A DNA stretch of 64,000 nucleotides, from contig CAWFDF010000009.1 of assembly GCA_963814585.1 (NCBI GenBank), positions 1-64,000 on the forward strand. Reading direction: 5' to 3'. Position numbers and translations under genes: made by a program. Source of the stretch: an uncultured delta proteobacterium (GTDB lineage Bacteria; Myxococcota; Myxococcia; Myxococcales; Anaeromyxobacteraceae). Within the stretch, counting starts at the first letter, position 1. Every line of letters starts with the position of its first letter. The notes beneath the pieces were generated by a model. That model was not told the DNA's origin. It did no database searches and saw only the letters and a list, made by a program, of their open reading frames with translations. Shown piece after piece: positions 29,395 to 41,392 of this stretch.

Positions 29395-32300
29395 GTGTCC
29401 GGTGCGTCGAAGCTCGACTCGGTGCTCCTGGTCGAACCGCGAGGGGCCGCCAGCCGGCCGTTCCGGGACGAGTTGCTCAGCGTCGAGCGGCTCGACGAGC
29501 GGGCTCGCTCGCTGGCGGCCCGCTTCACGGTGGACCCATCGCGGCGCGCGGCGCGGAGCGTCCTCCCGAGGTTCGACGACAACGTCCGGACCCTGCGCGA
29601 GGCCTACCGAACCCTCGCCGACGACGTGCACCGCGGCGAGTTCGTGACGGCCGCGGCCGAGTGGATCCTCGACAACTACCACCTGGTGGCCACGCAGATC
29701 CGGGACGTCCGCCAGAACCTGCCGCGCGGCTACTACCGGGAGCTGCCCAAGCTGGCCGGACGCGATCAGGCGGGCACGGCCCGCGTCTATGCGCTGGCGG
29801 TGGAGCTGATCCGCCACAGCGACAGCCGCCTCGACCGCGCCCGGCTGGTGCGGTGGCTGGATGCCTTCCAGGCGGTCGCCCCGTTGACCATCGGTGAGCT
29901 CTGGGCCTGGCCGAGCATGCTGAAGCTCGCGCTGGTCGAGAACCTCCGACGGCTCGCCGACGAGACCGTTGCCGCGCACGCGGCCCGGCGTGCCGCCGAC
30001 GACCACGTGGCGCGGATCGACGCCGCCGGGAAGGGCGTGCCGCCGCCGCTGCCACGCCAGCTGCACCCTGCGCTGGTGGTGCAGCTGCTCCAGCGGGTGA
30101 GGGAGTACGGGCCTCGCCTCGGGGCGGTCCGGAGCAGCCTCGACGCGCACCTGGCGGAGCGCCAGGCCACCGCCGACGAGACGGTCCGGGCCGAGCACCA
30201 GCGCGAGGCGGCCGCCCAGGTCTCGGTCGCCAACGTCATCACCAGCCTGCGGCTCTGCTCGGCGCTCGACTGGACGCAGTTCGTGGAGACGGTGAGCCTG
30301 GTCGAGCGGGTGCTGCAGCGCGACCCCGCGGGCGTGCACGGGCGCATGGAGTTCCTCTCGCGCGATCGCTACCGGCAAGCGGTCGAGGAGCTCGCCGACC
30401 CGAGCGGTGAGGCCCAGGTGCGAGTCGCCCTGCGCGCGGTGGAGAGTGCCCGCGCGGTCGCCGAGACCGAGGGGACTGCCGCGCGCGCCGCGCACGTCGG
30501 ACACCACCTCATCGGCAAGGGGCGCCGGGAGCTCGAGGCCGACGTGGCCTGGCGCCCGGGACTCGTGCAGCGCCTTCGGCGGTTCGCCTTCGCACACGCC
30601 ACCGTGGCCTATCTCGGGTCGATCTCGCTCGCCACCGCGGCCCTGGCGGGGACGGGGGCCGCCTACGCCCGCCACGCCGGCGCCGCCGGGTGGTTGCTGG
30701 TCGGCGTGACCTTCCTCCTGGTCCTACCGGCGAGCGAGGTGGCCCTCGCCGTGGTGCAGCGCCTGGCGGCGCGCTTCGCGCCACCCCGACGGTTGCCGCG
30801 CCTCGACCTCTCGGCCGGGATCCCGGAGGAGTCGCGGACCCTGGTGGTGGTTCCCACCCTGCTGACCAGCGTGGAGGGCGTCGAGGCGCAGCTCGAGCAC
30901 CTCGAGGTCCTGGCGCTGGGAAACCTCGACCCCCACGTCCACTTCGCCATCCTGGGCGACTTCTCCGACGCCGTGGCCCGCGACATGCCCGGTGACGACG
31001 CCATCCTCGGCGCGGCCAGGGGAGGGATCGAGGCGCTGAACGCCCGGCTCGGCGATGGCCGGGGCGATCGGTTCTTCCTCCTCCACCGCGCGCGGCAGTG
31101 GAACGCGGGGGAGCGTGCCTGGATGGGGTGGGAGCGGAAGCGCGGGAAGCTCGAGGAGCTGAACCGGCTCCTGCGCGGCGCCACCGACACCAGCTACGAC
31201 GTCCAGGTCGGGGAGCTGGGCGTGCTTCCCCGGGTGCGCTACTGCATCACGCTCGACGCCGACACCCGACTCCCCCGCGACGGTGCCAGGAAGCTGGTCG
31301 GCGTCATCTCCCACCCGCTCAACCGCCCGGTCTTCGACCCGCGCTCCGGCCGGGTCACCGAGGGCTACGGCATCCTGCAGCCGCGCGTCAGCGTCACCAC
31401 CTCCAGCGCCGCCGGGTCGCGCTTCGCGCGGATCTTCGCCGGGCACACCGGCGTGGATCCCTACACCACCGCCGTCTCCGACACCTACCAGGACCTCTTC
31501 GGCGAGGGGAGCTTCACGGGCAAGGGTCTCTACGACGTCGATGCCTTCACGGCGGCGATGGATGGCCGCGTCCCCGACAACATGCTCCTCTCGCACGACC
31601 TGTTCGAGGGACTCCACGCCCGCACCGGCCTGGTGACGGACGTCGAGGTCGTCGACGACTACCCCTCGAGCGTGCTGGCCCACTCCCGCCGGCAGCACCG
31701 CTGGACGCGCGGCGACTGGCAGATCCTCGGCTGGCTGCTTCCGTTCGTGGCCACGCGCGCCGGCCTGGCGCGCAACCGCCTCCCCCTCATCGCCCGCTGG
31801 AAGATCCTCGACAACCTGCGGCGGGCACAGGTGGCGCCGGCCACGCTGCTCCTGCTGCTCCTCGCCTGGACCGTGCTCCCGGGCAGCCCGGCCGCCTGGA
31901 CCTTCCTCGCCCTCTCCTCCCTCGCCTTTCCACTGCTCGGGGTCGGGCTCGAGGCCCTCGCCGGGGCGAGGCCGCGCCAGCCGCCGCGCGCCTTCGTGCG
32001 GGGGCTGGCCGAGGACGGGCTGGGCGCCGCCACCCGGGTCCTGCTGCAGCTCGCCTTCCTCGCCAACCAGGCCTGGGCCATGGCCCACGCCATCGTCATC
32101 ACCGTGGTCCGGCTCGCCATCACGCGCCGCCGCCTGCTGGAGTGGGAGACCGCCGCCGCCAGCGCCGCGCGCGGTGCCGGCCTGACACCTGGGGCGGGCG
32201 CCCGCTCGTTCCTGGTCGAGATGGCAGCGAGTCCCGTGATCGCGCTGGCCGGGGCGCTCCTGATCTCAGCCCTCCATCCGGGCGCCCTGCTGGTGGCGGC

Positions 32301-35300
32301 TCCGGTGCTGACGCTCTGGGCGCTCGCTCCGCTCATCGCCTATCGCCTCTCCCAGCCGATGGCCGAGCGGAACCTCGAGCTCGGCCCCGAGGACCGGGAC
32401 TTCCTCCTCGGCGTGGCCCGCGCGACCTGGACCTACTTCGAGGCCTTCATGGGGCCGGACGACCACTTCCTGCCCGCCGACAACGTCCAGGAGGCGCCCG
32501 CCAGGGTCGCGCACCGGACCTCGCCCACCAACATCGGCATGGGGCTCCTCTCCACGCTGGCGGCCCACGACCTGGGTCTCATCCAGGTCGGCGAGCTCGC
32601 CGAGCGGATCGACGCCACGCTGACCACGATGGAGGGCCTGGAGCGGATCGAGGGGCACCTGTTCAACTGGTACGACACGGTGAGCCTGGCGCCGCTCCCG
32701 CCGCGGTACGTCTCGACCGTCGACAGCGGCAACCTGGCCGGCGCGCTCATCGCGGTCTCGGAAGGTCTTCGCCAGCTGGGGCGCGCGCGGATGTCGGGGG
32801 TGACGGGATCCGCCAATCCGGTCGGGCGGCTGGAGGGGCTGTCGCGGCGGGCGGCTGCGTTCGCCGACGCCATGAGCTTCCGCTTCCTCTACGACCCGCA
32901 GCGGAGCCTCCTCGCCATCGGATACCGGGCCGCCGACGCCGAGGGGCCGGGCCGGCTCGATCCGTCCCACTACGACCTGCTCGCCTCGGAGGCGCGCCTG
33001 GCCAGCTTCATCGCCATCGCCAAGGGCGACCTGCCCGAGAAGCACTGGTTCCACCTGGGACGGGCCGTCACCAGCGTTCACGGGAGCCCCACGCTCCTCT
33101 CGTGGAGCGCCACGCTCTTCGAGTACCTCATGCCGCTGCTGCTGATGCGCAGCTACCCCGACACGCTGCTCGACGAGAGCTGCCGGATGGCGGTGCGCCG
33201 CCAGCGGGACTACGGGCGGGAGCGCGGCGTGCCATGGGGCATCTCGGAGTCGGCCTACGACCTCGTCGATCACCTCGGCAACTACCAGTACAAGGCGTTC
33301 GGCGTCCCGGGGCTGGGCATGAAGCGGGGGCTGGGCGACGAGCTGGTGGTGGCGCCCTACGCGAGCGCGCTCGCCGCGCTCGTCCACCCGACCGGCGCGG
33401 CGGCCAACCTGCGCCGCCTCGCCGGCGACGGCCTGCTCGGCGCCTACGGCTACTTCGAGGCCGTCGACTACACGCCGCGGCGCACCGAGGAGGCCGGGAC
33501 GGACGCTCCGGCCCCCGGCCGCACCCCGGGCACGGTGGTGCGCAGCCTGGTTCGCCCACCACCAGGGGATGACCCTCACGGCCCTGGCCGGCGCCCTCAC
33601 CGGCCAGCGGATGGTGGAGCGCTTCCACTCCGACCCGCGCGTCCAGGCCACCGAGCTGCTCCTCCAGGAGCGCGTGCCGCGCCACGCGGCCATCATCCGG
33701 CCCCGCCCCGACGAGGACGTGCGCGCCGCCACGCCGGTCCCGGCCGCGGCATTCCGCCGCTTCCGCTCGCCGCACACCGCGTTCCCCCACGCCCAGTTCC
33801 TCTCGAACGGCCACTACACGGCGGTCGTCACCAACGCCGGCGGTGGCTCCAGCTCCTGCCGCGGGCGGGCCGTCACCCGCTGGCGGCAGGACCCGACCCG
33901 CGATCCAGGTGGCCAGTATCTCTACCTGCGCGACGTCCGGAGCGGACGGGTCTGGTCGGCGACGCACCAGCCCATCGGGCGGGACGCCAGCCGACGACAT
34001 GGTCCTGTTCACCATGGAGAAGGCCACCTTCCAGCGCCGGGACGACGACATCGGGACGCGCCTCGACGTGGCCGTCTCCCCCGAGGACGACGTCGAGGTG
34101 CGCCGGCTCGAGGTGACCAACCACGGCGACCGCATCCGCGAGCTGGAGGTCACCAGCTACGCCGAGATCGTCCTGGCCTCCAGCGCCGACGACCTCGCCC
34201 ACCCGGCCTTCGGCAAGCTCTTCGTGGAGTCCGAGTACCTCGCCGAGAGCAGCGCCCTGCTCTGCCGGCGGCGGCCGCGGGCTCCGGACGATGCCGAGGT
34301 GCTTCGCCGTGCACGTCATCGGCCAGGAGGGCCGGCCGCAGGGGCCGGTGGAGTGGGAGAGCGATCGCGGCCGGTTCCTCGGCCGGGGCCGCGGCCCCGA
34401 GAACCCGCAGGCGCTCGACGGGCGCCCGCTCTCGGGCACCACCGGGGTCCTGCTCGACCCCATCGTGAGCCTGCGGCAGCGCGTTCGGCTGGCGCCCGGG
34501 GGCGTGGTGCGCCTCTCCTTCGCCACCGGGATGGCCTCGAGCCGGGAGACGGCCCTGGCGCTGGCGCAGCGCTACCATGATCCGACGGCGACCGCTCGGA
34601 CCTTCGCGCTCGCCTTCGCCCACGCCCGGAGCCGGCTGCACCACCTCGGCATCACCGGCGAGGAGGCCCTGCTGTTCGAGCGGCTCGCCTCGCGCGTGCT
34701 CTACGCGGACGCCTCGCTGCGCTCGGGTCCGGAGCTGCTGGCGAGGAGCACGCTCGGCCAGGAGGGGCTCTGGGGACACGGCATCTCCGGCGATCTGCCG
34801 GTCCTGCTGCTGCGCGTCGACTCACGAGGCCGACCAGGGGCTGGTCCGGCAGGTCCTCACGGCGCAGGAGTACTGGCGGCTGAAGGGCCTGGCCGCCGAC
34901 GTGGTGATCCTGAACGAGCAGCCCGTCGGCTACCTGGACGAGGTGCACGCCCAGCTGGCGGCGCTCCTCGACGACGGGCCCTGGCGAGCCTGGAAGCATC
35001 GCCCCGGCGGCGCCTACCTGCTGCGCGGGGACCGGATGAGCGAGGCCGAGCGGATCCTCCTCTGCGGCGTGGCGCGGGCGGTCCTGGTCGGCAGCGGGGG
35101 CACCCTGGCGCAGCAGCTCGACCGACCCGAGCCGGTGACGCCGGAGCCGGCCTCCCTCCCGCTGGCGCCCTCCTCCGGGGCCAGCCAGGTGCCGGCGCCC
35201 GTCGGCCCGCCCGAGGCGCCGGCGCTGGCGCTCGCCAACGCGCTCGGCGGCTTCGCCGAGGGCGGGCGCGAGTACGTCATCGTCCTCGAGGGAGACCAGG

Positions 35301-37640
35301 AGACGCCGCTGCCCTGGGCCAACGTCATCGCCAGCCCCGCCTTCGGGACGGTCATCACGGCCTCGGGAGCGTCTTTCACCTGGTCGGAGAACAGCCGCGA
35401 GAACCGGCTCACGCCGTTCGCGAACGATCCGGTCTCCGATCCGACCTCGGAGGCCCTGCTGGTCCGCGATGACGACAGCGGCGAGGCCTGGTCGCCCACC
35501 CCGGGCCCGCTGGCCCGCGACCACCGGCAGCGGCCGGTCGGTGATCCGCCACGGGGCCGGCGTGACACGCTTCGAGCGCGCGGCCCGAGGGATCCGCCAC
35601 GCCCTCGACGTCTTCGTCGACGCGGTCGACCCGGTGAAGATCTCCGTGCTGACCCTGGCCAACGAGGGCGTCCTCGCGCGGCGTCTCTCCGTCTTCGCCT
35701 ACGCCGAGTGGGTCCTGGGACCGCCGCAAGTCGGCCAGAGCCAGCACGTCGTGACCGAGCAGGACGCGGCCACCGGCGCGGTCCTCGCCACCAACGCCTG
35801 GAGCCACGAGTTCGCCGGGCGCCTGGCCTTCCTCCATGCCAGCGAGGGCCTCCGCTCCGCCACCGGAGACCGCACCTCCTTCCTCGGCCGGAACGGATCG
35901 CTGGCCCGGCCGGCGGCGCTCGGGCACGGCGCGCTCTCCGGCCGCTTCGGCGCGGGGCTCGACCCCTGCGCGGCGCTCCAGGTCGGTGTCCTGCTCGAGC
36001 CCGGCGAGACCCGGCGCATCGTCTTCCTGCTCGGCGAAGGGCGTGACCTGGCCCACGTCCGCACCCTGATCGATCGGCACGGGAGCGCCGAGGCCGCGGC
36101 CACCGCGCTCGAGACCGTCCGGCGCGGCTGGGAGGAGACGCTCGGCGCCGTGCAGGTCCGGACCCCGGACGACTCCTTCGACGTCCTCATGAACCGCTGG
36201 CTCCTGTACCAGGACCTGGGCTGCCGGATGTGGGCCCGCACCGGCTACCACCAGCCGGGCGGTGCCTTCGGGTTCCGCGACCAGCTCCAGGACGCCATGG
36301 CGCTCTCCATGGCGCGACCGGCGCTGCTGCGCGAGCACCTCCTGCGGGCGGCCGCGCGGCAGTTCCGCGAGGGGGACGTGCAGCACTGGTGGCACCCGCC
36401 GAGCGGTCGGGGGACGCGCACGCGCTGCTCGGACGACCTGCTCTGGTTGCCCTACGCCGTGGCCCACTACGTGCTGACCTCGGGCGACGTCGCCGTGCTC
36501 GACGAGCCCGTCCCGTTCCTCGAGGCCGAGCCGCTGCCTCCGGACGTCCAGGACGCCTACTCCCAGCCCCGCGCCTCGACCGAGGCCGCCACGCTGTACG
36601 AGCACGCCGTGCGCGCCCTCGACCGGGGGATCACCTCCGGCGCTCACGGCCTGCCGCTGATGGGGAGCGGGGACTGGAACGACGGGATGAACCGGGTCGG
36701 GCGGGAGGGACGCGGCGAGAGCTGCTGGCTCGGCTTCTTCCTCCACGCCGTCCTCACCGGCTTCGCCCCGCTGTGCCTGGCGCGGGGCGAGGCCCCTCGG
36801 GCCGCTCGCTACCGGGCCGAGGCGCTCCGGCTGGAGGCCGCGCTGGGGCGGACCTGGGACGGCGAGTGGTACCGGCGTGGCTACTACGACGACGGCTCGC
36901 CGCTCGGCGCGGCGCAGGAGGACGAGTGCAGCATCGACTCGATAGCCCAGTCCTGGGCGGTGCTCTCGGGCGTGGCCCCGCCACGGCTGGCCGAGCGGGC
37001 CATGGACTCGGTCCGGACCCACCTGGTCCGGCGAGGAGCGCAGGTGGTCCTGCTGCTCACGCCGCCCTTCGACCGCTCGTCGCAGGCTCCCGGGTACATC
37101 AAGGGCTATCCGCCCGGGGTGCGCGAGAACGGCGGGCAGTACACCCACGCCGCCGCCTGGATCGTCATGGCGCTGGCCCGGATGGGAAGCGGCGACGAGG
37201 CGGCCGAGCTGTTCCACATGCTGAATCCGGTCAACCACACGCGCACCGGCCCGGACCTGGCCCGCTACCAGGGCGAGCCCTACGCCGTGGCCGGCGACGT
37301 CAGCGCCCACCCCGAGCACGTCGGACGCGCCGGGTGGACCTGGTACACGGGGTCGGCCGGCTGGCTCTACCGCGCCGGGCTCGAGAGCATGCTCGGGCTG
37401 CGGCGCCGCGGCGGGACGTTCGAGCTGGATCCGTGCATCCCCGCCTCCTGGCCCGAGTACTCGATCAGCTGGCGCCTCGGCCGGACCAGGTACGAGATCC
37501 AGGTCGTCAACCCCGAGCGCCGGTGCCGCGGCGTCGAATCCGCCCACCTGGACGGTGTCGCGGTCGATCCCTTCGCCATCCCGCTCGTCGACGACGGTGC
37601 CACCCATGTGCTGCGGGCCGTGCTGGGACAGCCCCCCTAG
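29395..37640 (+). CDS. cgs: Cyclic beta-1,2-glucan synthase (GT84 + cyclisation domain + GH94 phosphorylase), split by about five indels
   Basis: [89 protein letters not shown] across ORFs 29395, 33569, 33843, 34291, 34577, 35469. Confidence 0.9.
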
Positions 37641-37647
37641 TGCCGCG

Positions 37648-38061
37648 CTAGCCCAGCGCCACCGCGCACCGGAGGAGCAGGGCCAGCAGCTGCCGCCGCT
37701 CCTCCTCGGCGAGGTCGGCCAGCATCCGCCGCTCGACCCGGGCCACCTGGTCGTGGCAGGAGGCGACCAGCCTGGTCCCCTTGCCGGTCAATGCCGCAGG
37801 CAGGATCCGCCCGTGGGACGGGTGCGGGTGCCTGGCCACCAGCCCCATCGCCTCCAGGTTCCCCACGATGCGGACCATGGTCTGCGGCGTGACGAAGGCG
37901 CGGCGCGCCAGCTCGGCGCTGGAGATCCCGGGCTCCCGCTCCAGCGCCGAGAGCACCGCGTACTGCGGCCCGGTCAGCCCCCGCGGCCCCAGCGCCTCGT
38001 CCAGCCGGGCGCGGAGGGCCGCCTGCACCCGCCTCAGCATGTAGCCGATCCGATCGTCCAC
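37648..38061 (-). CDS. MarR-family regulator
   Basis: QYAVLSAL, SSAELARRAFVTPQTM, LTGKG winged helix. Confidence 0.88.
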   Translation of the reverse strand: MDDRIGYMLRRVQAALRARLDEALGPRGLTGPQYAVLSALEREPGISSAELARRAFVTPQTMVRIVGNLEAMGLVARHPHPSHGRILPAALTGKGTRLVASCHDQVARVERRMLADLAEEERRQLLALLLRCAVALG

Positions 38062-38077
38062 GCGATCCTCGCTTCTC

Positions 38078-38113
38078 GTCAGGGTGCTGATATCCGTAGC
38101 AGCTTGCTGATAC
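38078..38113. promoter_or_regulatory. Tandem imperfect palindromes, probable MarR operator
   Basis: TCAGGGTGCTGATA and GCAGCTTGCTGATA, 20 bp apart, just upstream of marR. Confidence 0.45.
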
Positions 38114-38317
38114 TAGCGCGACAGCCGCTCCGATATCGCCTGGATCCGGTTGACCGAGATGACCCCTATGGGGGCCACCGGCCCGATCGGGCGCCCGGTC
38201 CTCGACTTCCCGGGACGGATCGACTAGATCCTCCACTCGCTCCCCGTCAGGGAGTCCACGCAACACCGCGTCGGCACGCAGCCGCGCGTTCACAGACAGA
38301 AAAGAGCACGACAGCAC

Positions 38318-38524
38318 ATGGCTACCGGTACCGTGAAGTGGTTCAACGACGCGAAGGGCTTTGGGTTCATCACGCAGGACAGCGGTGGCGAGGACGTCTT
38401 CTGCCACCACACGGCCATCCAGGCCGACGGGTTCCGCTCGCTGGCCGAGGGCCAGAAGGTGGAGTTCGACGTGACCAAGGGCCCGAAGGGCCTGCAGGCG
38501 GCGAACGTTCGCCCGGTCGCCTAG
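38318..38524 (+). CDS. cspA: Cold-shock protein
   Basis: [28 protein letters not shown]. Confidence 0.95.
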   Translation: MATGTVKWFNDAKGFGFITQDSGGEDVFCHHTAIQADGFRSLAEGQKVEFDVTKGPKGLQAANVRPVA

Positions 38525-38554
38525 TCGCGTCCGTCGCGAATCCTTCGCGGCATT

Positions 38555-38591
38555 GAAAGCCCGGCCCTCCTGGGGTCGGGCTTTCTCATTT
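38555..38591 (+). terminator. Intrinsic terminator after cspA
   Basis: GAAAGCCCGGCCC / GGGTCGGGCTTTC stem followed by TCATTT. Confidence 0.75.
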
Positions 38592-38616
38592 CACGGGCTG
38601 GGCCTGGAGGATCCCG

Positions 38617-39231
38617 ATGAGTGACTTCGATGCGCACGCCGCCACCTGGGACGACGACCCGTCCAAGCTGGACCGCGCCCGCGCCGTGGCCGAGGCCATC
38701 CGCGCGGCCGTGCCGGTGACGCCGCGGACGACCGTGCTGGAGTACGGCTGCGGCACCGGCCTGCTCGGGCTCGCGCTGGCCCCGCACGTGGCCCGCATCA
38801 CGCTGGCCGACTCGTCGGACGGCATGCTGGAGGTGCTGCGGCGCAAGCTCGACGGCGGCGCGGCCGCCAACGCCACGGCGCTCCGGCTCGACCTCGACCG
38901 GGATCCCCTCCCGGCCGACCGCTTCGACCTGGCCTGCTCGCTCCTCGCGCTGCACCACGTGCACGACCTCGACCGGGTGCTCCGCGGGCTGCGCGCCGCG
39001 CTCACCGAGGGGGGCACGCTCTGCGTCGCCGACCTCGACGCCGAGGACGGCTCCTTCCACGGCCATGGCGCCCAGGTCCACCGCGGCTTCGATCGCGGCG
39101 CGCTGGCCGACCGCCTGCGTGCCGCCGGCTTCGCCCGGCCGGACTTCACCACCGTCCACGAGATCGAGCGGAGGGCCGGCGACACCACCCGGCGCTACGG
39201 CGTCTTCCTGGCGGTGGCCCGGGCGGCCTGA
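38617..39231 (+). CDS. Class I SAM-dependent methyltransferase
   Basis: LEYGCGTG, LALHHV, ADLDAEDGSFH. Confidence 0.88.
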   Translation: MSDFDAHAATWDDDPSKLDRARAVAEAIRAAVPVTPRTTVLEYGCGTGLLGLALAPHVARITLADSSDGMLEVLRRKLDGGAAANATALRLDLDRDPLPADRFDLACSLLALHHVHDLDRVLRGLRAALTEGGTLCVADLDAEDGSFHGHGAQVHRGFDRGALADRLRAAGFARPDFTTVHEIERRAGDTTRRYGVFLAVARAA

Positions 39232-39306
39232 GCGGGCGCCGCGGGGAGGGAGGCCCGGGAAGGGCCTCCATTGTGCTCCGGCCCCGCCTCGGCTACTCAT
39301 CCCCCC

Positions 39307-40128
39307 ATGTCCACGCCGGATTCCGACCTCGTCACCGCCGCCAAGGCCGGCGATCGCCAGGCCCTCGAGGCGCTGCTGGGCCGCCACCAGGCGCGCGTCT
39401 ACCGCTTCGGCAAGAAGATGTGCCGGGACGACGAGGACGCCGCCGACGTGCTGCAGGAGACGCTGCTGGCCGCGGCCCGCACGCTGCCCGAGTTCCGCGA
39501 GGCCTCGTCGGTCTCGACCTGGCTCTACACCATCGCCCGCAGCTTCTGCATCAAGAAGCGCCGCACCAGCAAGTTCGCGCCGGCCGCCGTGGAGTCGCTC
39601 GACCAGGACGCCGAGCGGACCGCCGCGGTCGCCGATCCGGGCCGCACGCCCGAGGAGGAGGCCTCCGGGCGGCAGCTGCAGGCGGCGCTCGACGGCGCCA
39701 TCGACGCCCTCGAGCCGATGTACCGCGAGGTGCTGGTGCTGCGGGACGTGGAGGGGCTCCCCGCCGCCGACGTGGCCGAGGCGCTGGGCATCACCGTCGA
39801 GGCGGTGAAGAGCCGCCTGCACCGGGCCCGCATGGCGGTGCGCGAGCGGGTGGCGCCGGCGCTCGGCCTGGCGGCCGACGGGACGCCCGCCACCGGCTGC
39901 CGCGACGTGGTCGAGCTCTTCTCGCGGCGCATGGAGGGCGAGATCGACGGCGCCTCCTGCGCCGAGCTGGAGCAGCACCTGCAGGGCTGCCCGGTCTGCC
40001 GCGGCCGCTGCGACTCGCTCCGCTCCACGCTGGCCCTCTGCCGGCGCGCCGGCGAGGCGCCGGTGCCGGTCGCGGTGGAGCGATCGGTGCGGGCGGCGCT
40101 GCAGCAGTTCCTCAGCCTGCGAACTTGA
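39307..40128 (+). CDS. ECF sigma factor with fused C-terminal zf-HC2 zinc-finger domain
   Basis: DVLQETLL, STWLYTI, VKSRLHRAR, then HLQGCPVC. Confidence 0.88.
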   Translation: MSTPDSDLVTAAKAGDRQALEALLGRHQARVYRFGKKMCRDDEDAADVLQETLLAAARTLPEFREASSVSTWLYTIARSFCIKKRRTSKFAPAAVESLDQDAERTAAVADPGRTPEEEASGRQLQAALDGAIDALEPMYREVLVLRDVEGLPAADVAEALGITVEAVKSRLHRARMAVRERVAPALGLAADGTPATGCRDVVELFSRRMEGEIDGASCAELEQHLQGCPVCRGRCDSLRSTLALCRRAGEAPVPVAVERSVRAALQQFLSLRT

Positions 40129-40167
40129 CGGCGCCACGCACCTGGCGCGGCGCCGGCGCGCCGCTCC

Positions 40168-40998
40168 CTACGCCTTGGAGGCGAGCCAGCCGGTGATGGC
40201 CTTCAGGACCTCGGCCTTCTCCGGCTCGTTGTGCAGCTCGTGGAAGGCCCCGGGCCAGGTCCGGAAGGCGACGCCGGCGCCGGCGGCCCGGGCGAAGCGC
40301 TGGCTGGCGGCGTGGGAGGTGATCTGGTCGGAGTCGCCGTGCATGAGCAGCAGCGGCACGGAGAGCTCGCCGGCGTGGGCCAGCGCCCACTGCCCGGCGT
40401 CGAGGACGGCGACGAGCAGGCGGGGGGTGATCTTCCCCTTGACGCACGGGTCGGCCTGGTAGGCCTTCACCACCGCGGCGTCGCGCGAGATGCCGCCGGG
40501 GTCCATGCCGGTGGGGAGGGCCAGGGCGAGGGGGAGCGCGGCGGCCACCCGCGCGGCGGCCAGCTGCCAGCCCGGCGCCCGCACCGCCAGCTCCAGCCAC
40601 GGGCTGGTGGCGATGGCGCCCGCCAGCTTCGGCTTCTGGCGCAGCAGGAAGTTGATCACCTCGTTGCCGCCCATGGAGTGGCCGTAGAGGAAGCGCGGCA
40701 GGCCTGGGTGGCGCGCCGTGGCCAGGTCGAGGAAGGCGCCGAGGTCGTCCATGAGCTGCTGGTACCGCTCGACCCAGGCCCAGGTGCCTCCCGACCGGCC
40801 CTGCCCACGCGCGTCGTAGCTGCAGAGGACGAAGCCGGCGGCCGCCAGCGCATCGCCGACGTGAAGGTACCGGCCACCGTGGTCGTCGAAGCCGTGGACC
40901 AGCACCACCAGCCCGCGCTTCGACCCCAGCGGCACCCACTCCCTGGCCTGCATGTCGAGCCCGTCGCCGCTCCTCCACCGCCACTCGGTCGCCACCAC
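40168..40998 (-). CDS. Lysophospholipase / monoacylglycerol lipase-like hydrolase
   Basis: VHGFDDHGGRY, GHSMGG, HGDSD, FHELHNE. Confidence 0.88.
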   Translation of the reverse strand: MVATEWRWRSGDGLDMQAREWVPLGSKRGLVVLVHGFDDHGGRYLHVGDALAAAGFVLCSYDARGQGRSGGTWAWVERYQQLMDDLGAFLDLATARHPGLPRFLYGHSMGGNEVINFLLRQKPKLAGAIATSPWLELAVRAPGWQLAAARVAAALPLALALPTGMDPGGISRDAAVVKAYQADPCVKGKITPRLLVAVLDAGQWALAHAGELSVPLLLMHGDSDQITSHAASQRFARAAGAGVAFRTWPGAFHELHNEPEKAEVLKAITGWLASKA

Positions 40999-41167
40999 GT
41001 GCGCCTCCTTGGTCCCGGCCCCGGCCCAGCCCCCGGGGAGCGGCCGGAGCGAGCAGAGCCTACCGGGCCCGTCCCCGCAAGCGTCCATCCGGGCGGCTCG
41101 TGCCCCGGGCCACGGGGGCGCCGGGCGGGATCGTGCCGGCGCCGCCGCCAGGGTAGACTCCCGCGCC

Positions 41168-41326
41168 GTGAAGATCCCCAGCGCCCTCCGCATCGACGCC
41201 GAGCTGCCACCCTCCGGCCTGGCGCGCTGGGCCACCATCGCCGGCATGCTGTTCGGGGGGCTGGTGGCGGTCCTGGTGGTGGTCTTCTTCGTGGTGGTGG
41301 TCGCCGAGGGCCTGGCCTCGCGGTAG
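41168..41326 (+). CDS. 52 aa single-TM microprotein
   Basis: GTG start; MLFGGLVAVLVVVFFVVVV segment; GC3-biased codons. Confidence 0.45.
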   Translation: MKIPSALRIDAELPPSGLARWATIAGMLFGGLVAVLVVVFFVVVVAEGLASR

Positions 41327-41392
41327 CGGCCCCGCCGGCCTCGCACCCTGCTCCTCTTGCCCTCCCGGTGTGGCTCTGGTCTGCTTTTCGCC

